Of a stretch of DNA of 15,245 nucleotides, positions 7,789-14,675 are shown one piece after another. A program made the position numbers and the translations under genes. Source of the stretch: Candidatus Zixiibacteriota bacterium (GTDB lineage: Bacteria > Zixibacteria > MSB-5A5 > WJJR01); contig JAVHPP010000059.1 in the NCBI GenBank assembly GCA_036170655.1, positions 1 to 15,245 of the forward strand, in the 5' to 3' direction. The notes under the pieces are model-generated. The model was given only the letters and a program-made list of their open reading frames with translations. It searched no databases and was not told the DNA's origin. Position 1 is the stretch's first letter. Each line of letters opens with the position of its first letter.

Positions 7789-7948
7789 CCTCTATCAAAA
7801 TGACCGCGCACACTGGTGAACACGGCAGGTTGAGTTGACCGGCGAGCGATGGGAGGGCGAGGCTCCTGCCGAGCCTTTCTTTCCCCCAGCCAAGAGGCTC
7901 GGCAGGAGCCTCGCCCTCCCGTGGAACGGACATTCATTCTGTTAGAGG
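7789..7948. mobile_element. Putative MITE-like element with imperfect 15-bp terminal inverted repeats enclosing a REP dyad
   Basis: CCTCTATCAAAATGA (7789-7803) versus TCATTCTGTTAGAGG (7934-7948) gives a 13/15 inverted match; no coding capacity. Confidence 0.4.
7851..7920. repeat. REP dyad (REPIN-like long hairpin), copy 1
   Basis: Perfect 26-bp inverted repeat GGGAGGGCGAGGCTCCTGCCGAGCCT (7851-7876 / 7895-7920) with an 18-nt spacer; each arm has an internal GGCTC/GAGCC palindrome. Confidence 0.9.
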
Positions 7949-7960
7949 TCCCAAAACTTC

Positions 7961-7988
7961 TTGCAACCTGACGTCCCCGAATTACATT
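7961..7988 (+). promoter_or_regulatory. Putative sigma70 promoter for the OmpA-family gene (possibly leaderless)
   Basis: TTGCAA-N16-TACATT, with ATG 8 nt downstream and no SD. Confidence 0.4.
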
Positions 7989-7996
7989 CGCGTTTG

Positions 7997-8695
7997 ATGA
8001 AGATCGTGTTTGGTGTACGGCCCGCTCTCCTTGTTGTGCTGCTTGCCTCCGCGAGCGGGGCGCAGACCTTGCCCAAGGGGGCTGATTCGTCGCATCAGAT
8101 ACCATCCCCGCTGAAAGTCCCCGACGCGGAAGTGCTGCCGGACGAGGCCATTCCAGCGAAGTTCGACACCATCACCGTCCAGCTCGATACCCTTTCGAAG
8201 GCGCGTGATTCGGTGACTGTCCCGTTCGATACCCTGTCGAAGACCGGCGATGCGGATGGCGACGGTGTCCGCGATTCGCTCGATCACTGCCCCAACACGC
8301 CGCACGGCCTGTCGGTCGACAAGAGCGGGTGTCTCGTCATGACCCAGCTGGACCGCAAGCTGATTCTCCACGTGACGTATTTCCCCGGGACGACCGATCC
8401 CGATCCTTACACACTCTCCATTCTCGACGATCTGATCATCCGCCTTAAAGATTCGCCCCAGACCCGAGTCACGGTCGAGGGTTTCACCGACAACATCGGC
8501 GAGGACGAGGCGAATCGGGTGGTTTCCCAGAAACGCGCGGACAAGATCAAGGCCTATCTTGTGAAAAAAAGGATTTCATCCCAGCGTATCGCGGCGGTCG
8601 GTCGGGGAGAGTCAAAGTTCGTGAGCGGCAACGACACGGCCGCCGGCCGCCGCAAGAACCGGCGCATCGAGATTTCATTCCACCGCACCGAATAA
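7997..8695 (+). CDS. OmpA-family peptidoglycan-binding protein with a thrombospondin type-3-like Ca-binding repeat
   Basis: Signal peptide ending ASGA; DADGDGVRDSLDHCPNTP...SGC; OmpA-C motifs VEGFTDNIG..EANRVVSQKRA, GRGES, GRRKNRRIEI; no beta-barrel domain seen. Confidence 0.9.
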   Translation: MKIVFGVRPALLVVLLASASGAQTLPKGADSSHQIPSPLKVPDAEVLPDEAIPAKFDTITVQLDTLSKARDSVTVPFDTLSKTGDADGDGVRDSLDHCPNTPHGLSVDKSGCLVMTQLDRKLILHVTYFPGTTDPDPYTLSILDDLIIRLKDSPQTRVTVEGFTDNIGEDEANRVVSQKRADKIKAYLVKKRISSQRIAAVGRGESKFVSGNDTAAGRRKNRRIEISFHRTE

Positions 8696-8724
8696 TCTGT
8701 GGTGGACACTACCGTTTCCCTCGC

Positions 8725-8750
8725 GGGCAAGGGGCTTCAGCCCCTTGCCC
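8725..8750. repeat. Perfect 12-bp palindrome (REP-like hairpin or terminator after ompA)
   Basis: GGGCAAGGGGCT-TC-AGCCCCTTGCCC, with no U-tract. Confidence 0.65.
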
Positions 8751-8787
8751 ATGGATATTCTGGACATACTTCGCACGGTGTCTCTGT

Positions 8788-8810
8788 GTAGGGGCGCACG
8801 CCGTGTGTGC
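8788..8810 (+). repeat. GTAG-type REP-like sequence
   Basis: GTAGGGGCGCACGCCGTGTGTGC: GTAG head plus an imperfect GCGCAC/GTGTGT hairpin, followed by TTTTT. Confidence 0.45.
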
Positions 8811-8911
8811 TTTTTACTCCCGGAGAATTCTGAAATCGGTGTCATAACACCTGACGTTATCAGTGCCCCGGCCCTTATGGTCCCGCAATGAATGACTGAC
8901 CATGTGCGCGG

Positions 8912-8988
8912 CGGGAGGGCGAGGCTCCTGCCGAGCCTCTCTTTTGTCTTCCGTCGAAAAGAGGCTCGGCAGGAGCCTCGCCCTCCCG
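8912..8988. repeat. REP dyad (REPIN-like long hairpin), copy 2
   Basis: 29-bp perfect inverted repeat (8912-8940 / 8960-8988) containing the same 26-mer as copy 1, with a different spacer. Confidence 0.9.
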
Positions 8989-9041
8989 ATCTTGAATGTC
9001 GTGGCCAAGAAACGGATGCTGCTTGTCAAGCCGGCAGTGAG

Positions 9042-9075
9042 AAAAAAGGGAATCCCGGTTCTCCCGGGATTCCCT
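9042..9075 (-). terminator. Rho-independent terminator of the porin-cytochrome unit
   Basis: 12-bp stem AGGGAATCCCGG / CCGGGATTCCCT with a 5-nt loop, followed on the minus strand by a T-run, 40 nt past the cytochrome stop. Confidence 0.85.
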
Positions 9076-9114
9076 CTCTCCATTGCTGTTGGTGAGATAC
9101 TGCCGAAACTTGCC

Positions 9115-10260
9115 TTACTTGCCGTTCTCTGCTCCGTGACACTTGCCGCAGAATCCCTGTCCTGCGGTGCGTGAGCCCGCATCATGGCAGACGAAGCACA
9201 CCGCATTGTTGTCATCATGCCACGGTCCGTGCACATCCTTCATGAATCCTTCTGGATGGGGCGAAACGATTTTCCTGTGGCACGTGAGGCATTTCGGCTC
9301 CGCGGCATCACGGTCATGACACGCTGCGCAGACCTCGATGTCTTTCCGTGCCAAGTCGGCGTGTCCGCCCCCAGATCCGAAGTTGGCGGTCTCGTGCCAG
9401 ACCGGCTTCTGTGTGCTGCTGCTGTTGGCATTGTGACAGGCGGCACAGAACGTGGCCGTCTCGTGGCAGGTCGCGCAATCGGATGTCTTGGATCTCACCT
9501 CCGCGCCGTGCGTGAAGCGGTAGTTCAGGTCGTGCCGCCGTTGCAGGAGCAGGAGATTCTTGCCATCATGCGCCGGCGCAAGCGGCCGGACGCGGTCCAC
9601 AAGCGCGCCCGTCTGTCCACGGACCGAAAGTCCCAAGGCGGCGCCATCATGGCACTCTTCGCAATAGGTCGGGCGATGGCATGTCTCGCATGATTTCGCA
9701 TTGGTGCGGGCGGATTCCACATGGTCCAAGACCCAGTCCGGGCCATGATCGGCCGGCCGCCGCAATTCCACCTGGCTATGGCAGGTCTGGCAGTTGTCGG
9801 CGACCTGACGGTTGCGGTGGCAGTCCACGCACTTGTCCATCGGCGGGATGCCATGGGAGGGAACCGAGTTCGCTTTGCTGACGTTTGCATGGCAGGTCAC
9901 GCATTCGATCTTTGCCTTGCCGGTGTGCAATTGATGCGAGAAGATGACTTCGCGCGCGGGCGCTATGTATGGCGAGTAGCGGCCCTCGGTGACATTCTTC
10001 TCGGTGTGGCACAGGCTGCATTCCGTCGTTTTCTGATCGTGGCACGTGTAGCAAGCGTCCATCTTCGGGAGCAGATCGGCGGAAGACTCCGTCGCGCTGG
10101 AGGCAGACGCATGACAGTCTTCGCATTTCGCCCCCACTTCGTTGACGTGGTAGTCGTGGGAGAACCGAATGACGGCTTCGTTCGTCTTCGACCCCGCAAT
10201 CGCCACAAGAAGCGTGACCGCCAATGCCGCAATCACAACTAAGATTGTCCGATGTTTCAT
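9115..10260 (-). CDS. Periplasmic 14-heme cytochrome c (two c7-like triheme modules plus four diheme repeats)
   Basis: 14 CxxCH motifs counted: CEDCH, CYTCH, CSLCH, CVTCH, CVDCH, CQTCH, CETCH, CEECH, CATCH, CAACH, CAACH, CLTCH, CFVCH, CGKCH. Two FSHxxH motifs and an N-terminal signal/anchor; likely ATG at 10260. Confidence 0.93.
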   Translation of the reverse strand: MKHRTILVVIAALAVTLLVAIAGSKTNEAVIRFSHDYHVNEVGAKCEDCHASASSATESSADLLPKMDACYTCHDQKTTECSLCHTEKNVTEGRYSPYIAPAREVIFSHQLHTGKAKIECVTCHANVSKANSVPSHGIPPMDKCVDCHRNRQVADNCQTCHSQVELRRPADHGPDWVLDHVESARTNAKSCETCHRPTYCEECHDGAALGLSVRGQTGALVDRVRPLAPAHDGKNLLLLQRRHDLNYRFTHGAEVRSKTSDCATCHETATFCAACHNANSSSTQKPVWHETANFGSGGGHADLARKDIEVCAACHDRDAAEPKCLTCHRKIVSPHPEGFMKDVHGPWHDDNNAVCFVCHDAGSRTAGQGFCGKCHGAENGK

Positions 10261-10343
10261 AGTCGTTTTCCCCGTCAAAGATCAGTCACTCGCAGAGCAT
10301 GGGTCCCGTCAAGATGATTCCGGTTCGTGATTCCTCCAGCCGC

Positions 10344-11651
10344 TCAGCCGGGCACTGTTCCCAGCCTCCGGAAGAACCACCACGACGCCCGGATCATGAG
10401 GCGCAGGTCCCTTCGGCCAGCCACATATCCTTGCTCGCCTCCTTCCTCGCTCTTGAGGAGCTGCGAGACAAACTGCACCTCGACATCCAGCGTCGACTGC
10501 GGTATCCACCGCCAGGTGCCGCCTGCCCATGCCGATTCCTCGGTGCTGGTTTCCGGTGTGTCTTCGATCAGCTCATAGCGCGAGAGGTGGGTGCCGCCAC
10601 GCAACGTCCAGCGGTCGTTGATGGGATATGTTGCATCCCCGCTGACACCGATGGTATTGCCCGGCCAGCCAGCTCGTCCAAACAGGGTCAGAGAGAAATA
10701 CTTATGTCCAACGCCCACATCGAAGCGCTGTGAGGAACCGTCGCTGAGATTCACATAGGTCCCGCCCGCGTTGACCGACCAGACCGGGTTGATGCGGTAG
10801 TCGGCGCGCAAACGCCCTTCGTAGTACCGTGACTCGCCAAAAACCCAGAAGATCGAATTGTAGGGGAGATCAGGACGCCGGTAACGGAACTGCCCATTGA
10901 GCGACAGCGCCTCCGTCGCGTGCCAGCGTGCTGATAAGTGGACGCGCCCGATGCGCTGCTGCGGCAACTGGTAGAGCGCCTGTCCATAGACACTCCCGAT
11001 CCGATTGATGGTCCGCCGCCAGTCCAGTCCCAGCGTGCGCGAATCAAGGTTGTTCACCGCGATGGCGGTGTCGGAGGAAATGTACGACCGGGCACGGTTC
11101 TTCTGCGCGAAGGAGAACGCCACGTCGCCGATGGCGCCCGAATGGTACCCGAGTTGAGCGCCGAAGGCGTGCCCCTTGTCATACTCAGTCATCTTGAACC
11201 GGCCGTCATCGGGCGCCAGAAGCCCGAAGTATCCACCAGCCTGAAGTCCATATCCGGGATGGATGGCGGCCGATCCGCCGTCGATCGAAACCGTGCCGTT
11301 GGGCCAGTACACACGATGCCTCCCGCCCGCCAAATCCACTCTCTTGGCGCGGTCTTTCCAGCGTGCTTGCAGATCATAGACGCGGTAGTCGTGAACGTTG
11401 TCGCCGGCGTTGCGGACATTGTAACGTCCCAGCATGGAGGTCAGAATCTCCAGATCCTGATTGCCGATTCGTCCGACTCGCAGACTGACGGTGCCGGCGT
11501 TCTGCAAATGCTGGGAGTCGGATGAGTCCGCCTCGCGGTACTTCCACAGGTAACTCGACAGCCCCACGCGGCCGGAAAAAACCGTCGCTTGAGCCACGGA
11601 CGCACATCCCATGACCAGCAGGGTGGTCAAAATCGCTTGCTTGAGTTTCAT
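10344..11651 (-). CDS. Predicted outer-membrane beta-barrel (putative porin of a porin-cytochrome pair)
   Basis: Sec signal ending AQA; many alternating amphipathic strands rich in Y/W/G/R (YDLQARW, VDLAGGRH, IDGG, LSLNGQFRY, WSVNAGGTY, WTLRGG); terminal strand LMIRASWWF; sits directly upstream of the 14-heme gene. Confidence 0.72.
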   Translation of the reverse strand: MKLKQAILTTLLVMGCASVAQATVFSGRVGLSSYLWKYREADSSDSQHLQNAGTVSLRVGRIGNQDLEILTSMLGRYNVRNAGDNVHDYRVYDLQARWKDRAKRVDLAGGRHRVYWPNGTVSIDGGSAAIHPGYGLQAGGYFGLLAPDDGRFKMTEYDKGHAFGAQLGYHSGAIGDVAFSFAQKNRARSYISSDTAIAVNNLDSRTLGLDWRRTINRIGSVYGQALYQLPQQRIGRVHLSARWHATEALSLNGQFRYRRPDLPYNSIFWVFGESRYYEGRLRADYRINPVWSVNAGGTYVNLSDGSSQRFDVGVGHKYFSLTLFGRAGWPGNTIGVSGDATYPINDRWTLRGGTHLSRYELIEDTPETSTEESAWAGGTWRWIPQSTLDVEVQFVSQLLKSEEGGEQGYVAGRRDLRLMIRASWWFFRRLGTVPG

Positions 11652-11727
11652 GATGCCCTCTCTCCGCTGCCAGACTCCTGGTCATCATGTCGGAATCGAC
11701 ATCCGACCCTTCGGGCGCATTCGGTAA

Positions 11728-11756
11728 ACTGTAGGGTAATCACAGATTGCCCGCAA
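11728..11756 (-). promoter_or_regulatory. Putative sigma70 promoter for the porin-cytochrome pair
   Basis: Minus strand TTGCGG-N17-TACAGT, about 75 nt upstream of ATG 11651. Confidence 0.45.
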
Positions 11757-11830
11757 CAAGATTTTTCACGTGCATCGCGATCAAATCTGACGAGGCAGGG
11801 GACTGCACCTCACCGTCCCTTTGAGAACAT

Positions 11831-11863
11831 CCCCCTGCGCGACCAATCTGGCCGCGCAGGGGG
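11831..11863 (-). terminator. Strong GC hairpin after the heme-lipoprotein gene (terminator or mRNA stabiliser)
   Basis: Minus strand CCCCCTGCGCGGCCA-GAT-TGGTCGCGCAGGGGG, a 15-bp stem with one G-U pair; the U-tract is weak. Confidence 0.55.
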
Positions 11864-11923
11864 CATTGTCTCGGGTCTGCCTGTTTGGGGCCGGGCAACG
11901 AGGCCTCCCGTGCCCTCAGATAT

Positions 11924-13111
11924 CTATTCCAGTACCTTCAGAAGGTGTTTCGTTGATGCTTTGTGCTTGTCGCCTCCGGCGTTGTCCATGGTCGCCACGC
12001 CGAACGTGTATTCCTGCCCCACGACGAAGGTGATGTCATGGTCCGCGTCACCCGTGTCCAGTTTCCGTTGGAGTTCAACGGTCCACCGGCCGTTCGCCCA
12101 GGTCGCACCTTCCACGATATCCCCACGGCTGCCACTGGGGGTCTTGAGGATTCTCTCGGGGACGACCGCCTTTAATGTATTGTAGGCGGGCCAGTACAAA
12201 GCCGCATCGGCATCGCTGACTCCGGTCGTTGCGTCACCCGCAGTTTGTCCCGCGTCGATCTCTGATTGTGTCAGGACCATCGCGTCCATGAAGTCCGTCG
12301 GGTTTTTCTCCATGTATTTTGGACGAGACTGGTCGGCGATCCGGTTCTGAGACTCCGCGCCGCTTCCGGCATCGCCCTTACGGCCGCCATCGGGAGCATT
12401 CGCGGCATCCCATTGAGTGCAGTATTGGTCATCACTCCAACCCGTCATGTGGACTGTCCCGCTGGTCACCTGATGTGTGGTCGCGTCGATCGTCATCGAT
12501 CCCGATTGGCTGACGGAAGTGACCCCCAGGTAGCGGGCCGCTTTCATGTGCCAAATGTCCGCCGTGCCAGTTGCTAGATACATTTCATCTTCTATGTCGT
12601 TTCCCGGATGGATGTCAGTTGTATGGCATTTGGTCATACAGCCGCCGGTCGTCCCCCCCGGCCCATCACCGGTGATCCCACCGACTGGCCAGAAGAATGA
12701 AATCCGGTCCTCGGACTGGTCGCCATTCGGCTTCGTCCAAGCCCCGGTGGCGTAAGACCATGATCCCGACCGGGTGAAACTGGCATCGTCATCCGGCCAA
12801 CTCGCCAGTATGGTCAGATTCGTCGCACTGTGGACTGCCTTCAATGTCACCGTCGTGGCGCTGTTGCGGGAATGGCACAGCGTGCAATTTATCGGGTTTT
12901 CGTCCATCCCATCTCCGAGTGCGACTGTCAGAGCTGGCGCTTCTGCCCACATAGCATCCGTGACGCCATCGGCGACGGGATCGGCCGTGACTTTGATCGC
13001 ATTCAGTTTCGTCAGGTCATAGCCCGGCGGCTTCACCCCGTTGTCTTTGCTGCACGCAACGAGCGTCAGCGTCAGCGCCAGTATCGCCAATGGCGCCAGT
13101 TTCCTAAACAT
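11924..13111 (-). CDS. Lipoprotein of the ethylbenzene dehydrogenase-gamma-related (EB_dh/DOMON-like heme-binding) family with c-heme motifs
   Basis: AAGGAGG SD before ATG 13111; lipobox LVAC; DG..D..WAEAP, VTLKAVH, ASWPD, EDRISFFW, DIWHMKAAR, GSRGDI..GATWANGRWTVELQRKLDTG...DI.F..G..Y.FGVA.MD; CTLCH and GCMTKCH. Confidence 0.82.
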   Translation of the reverse strand: MFRKLAPLAILALTLTLVACSKDNGVKPPGYDLTKLNAIKVTADPVADGVTDAMWAEAPALTVALGDGMDENPINCTLCHSRNSATTVTLKAVHSATNLTILASWPDDDASFTRSGSWSYATGAWTKPNGDQSEDRISFFWPVGGITGDGPGGTTGGCMTKCHTTDIHPGNDIEDEMYLATGTADIWHMKAARYLGVTSVSQSGSMTIDATTHQVTSGTVHMTGWSDDQYCTQWDAANAPDGGRKGDAGSGAESQNRIADQSRPKYMEKNPTDFMDAMVLTQSEIDAGQTAGDATTGVSDADAALYWPAYNTLKAVVPERILKTPSGSRGDIVEGATWANGRWTVELQRKLDTGDADHDITFVVGQEYTFGVATMDNAGGDKHKASTKHLLKVLE

Positions 13112-13277
13112 GGAATCCTCCTTGTGAAAATGGTGGTATGGATATGGAACTGGTTGTGAACATTGCAACCTCCGAACAGCATATTGCAAACGTGGCCTCA
13201 TCATAGCAAGGGGAAAAACGGCATAATTGAAAAAACTGTCGGCACGATTCCCGGCGGCAAGTCGGCTGGCGCCTAGA

Positions 13278-14675
13278 CTACCCGATCGGCCTGTCTTTTT
13301 CCATCCGCCGAATCCGCAGGTAGAGAGCAAGAGCCACCCAGAGGATGATCGGCACACTGATACCCAGCCCGATCTGGCGCACACGAAGGTCCCACAGTGC
13401 ATCGTTGCCCAGCGTGATCACGCTGATGGCCTCGGTGAGTCCGCCACCGGCGACCTCCTGGAATTTGTCGGCGTTGAAGTAGTGGACGGCTGTCCGGGCC
13501 TTGATCAGCGCGTCGTCGGCGGCATGAAGGTCGAACTTGCCTAAGCGGACGTTGACACCGCCCTTTTCTGCGCGTGCCAGAAGACTGTGTGCCCGATTGA
13601 TCGTACGAACCAGTGAATCCAGGCCGTCCGACATAGCCGATGCCACGACATACCCGGGATCCCCCTGTTCGTGGCATCGCACACACACGGAGCCCTCGCC
13701 GACACCGAGCATCGCATCGGTTGATTTCGCGATGTCATGATGATTGTGGCAGGTCGTGCACTCCCCCAGTCCCATCTGTGCAAAGGCGGCTTTGTGGGGG
13801 CTCTGGACGAAGAAGTCGCGGTTATTGGCGTGGCATTCACCACAGGCGTTGGCGATTGACGTCAGCCCGGGTGGGGTCGCCCCGTGATTCCCGTGACAGT
13901 TGTTGCAGGTCGGCGCTGCCAGGTCGCCCTTGTCGAGCAGCTTCTGCCCATGCACTGACGATTTGTACAGGGCGAACTGGTCGGTCGGAATCCCGTAGGG
14001 CCGCATAATCGCTGCGTTCGAATGACACCCCGAACACGTGTTCGCCACGTTCGTCCGATAGACGGGCGAGCGGGTGTCGCTGATCGGAAGGATCCCGTGC
14101 ACCCCGTGACAGGACACGCACGTGGCAACCTTCACGTCGCCTGAGTCCAGCAACTTCCCGTGCCGGCTGGAACGGTATTCCAAGTACTGGTCAACCCGTA
14201 GCTTGGGGTTGTACTTCTTCATGAACTCGACATCGGAATGGCAACGCGCGCAAAACGAGGGAATTTCCGCCGGCTTGGGTGCGCCGACAAATCCCTTGGC
14301 CGGATCGTGCGCCAAATCGGGGTCCCCCTCGGCCATCCCCTTGGTCGCATCGCCGCCGTGGCAATCCTGACAGGACAATCCCCGTGTGGCATGAATGTCA
14401 TTCACCAGCATGGTGGCGGGATCGTTCAGACGTTTCTCCGTCGCCTCCGCATGACATTCAATGCAGGAGTTGCCTGCTTTCTTGGCGGCCTCAGCATTCA
14501 ATGGCTGCAAGACCCCAACCGCACCGGTCACGAGGAGAATGACCAGTAGGGGCACGGCTTGCCGTGCCCGCCCGCCTGCCGCGGGCAAGAATCGGGAAAC
14601 GGTCACGGCAAGTCGTGCCCCCACCAATTTCCTGATTGCGGGCATTATTCCTGGAGGTGTCACTGACATTTTCAT
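13278..14675 (-). CDS. Membrane-anchored 9-heme cytochrome c, likely the c-type partner of the adjacent cytochrome b
   Basis: 9 CxxCH motifs: CIECH, CQDCH, CARCH, CVSCH, CSGCH, CNNCH, CGECH, CTTCH, CVRCH. Y..S.HG repeats, a helical region and a C-terminal TM (IGLGISVPIILWVALALYL). ATG 14675 overlaps the cytochrome b stop (ATGA); the exact start is uncertain. Confidence 0.9.
   Translation of the reverse strand: MKMSVTPPGIMPAIRKLVGARLAVTVSRFLPAAGGRARQAVPLLVILLVTGAVGVLQPLNAEAAKKAGNSCIECHAEATEKRLNDPATMLVNDIHATRGLSCQDCHGGDATKGMAEGDPDLAHDPAKGFVGAPKPAEIPSFCARCHSDVEFMKKYNPKLRVDQYLEYRSSRHGKLLDSGDVKVATCVSCHGVHGILPISDTRSPVYRTNVANTCSGCHSNAAIMRPYGIPTDQFALYKSSVHGQKLLDKGDLAAPTCNNCHGNHGATPPGLTSIANACGECHANNRDFFVQSPHKAAFAQMGLGECTTCHNHHDIAKSTDAMLGVGEGSVCVRCHEQGDPGYVVASAMSDGLDSLVRTINRAHSLLARAEKGGVNVRLGKFDLHAADDALIKARTAVHYFNADKFQEVAGGGLTEAISVITLGNDALWDLRVRQIGLGISVPIILWVALALYLRIRRMEKDRPIG

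Noticed and set aside
7851..8988. CRISPR interpretation of the 26-bp repeats
   Set aside because: The copies are inverted pairs about 1 kb apart rather than regularly spaced direct repeats, and no cas genes are present.
7622..9236. Small ORFs containing EGEAPAEP, ARQEPRPP or GRARLLPS
   Set aside because: These peptides are translations of the REP arms, not real proteins.
10271..10317. Short repeat CCCGTCAA(A)GAT between the porin and cytochrome genes
   Set aside because: It is too short and has only two copies, so I cannot distinguish it from chance.
9115..11651. Naming the pair mtrA/mtrB
   Set aside because: MtrA is a decaheme and MtrB is much longer (roughly 650-700 aa); this pair has 14 hemes and a 435-aa barrel.
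13112..13402. 97-aa N-terminal extension of the heme lipoprotein in the ORF track
   Set aside because: It overlaps the upstream gene; AAGGAGG plus a lipoprotein signal mark ATG 13111 as the start.
13278..14675. Calling the 9-heme protein NrfA or HAO
   Set aside because: There is no CxxCK motif and the heme count and spacing do not match.
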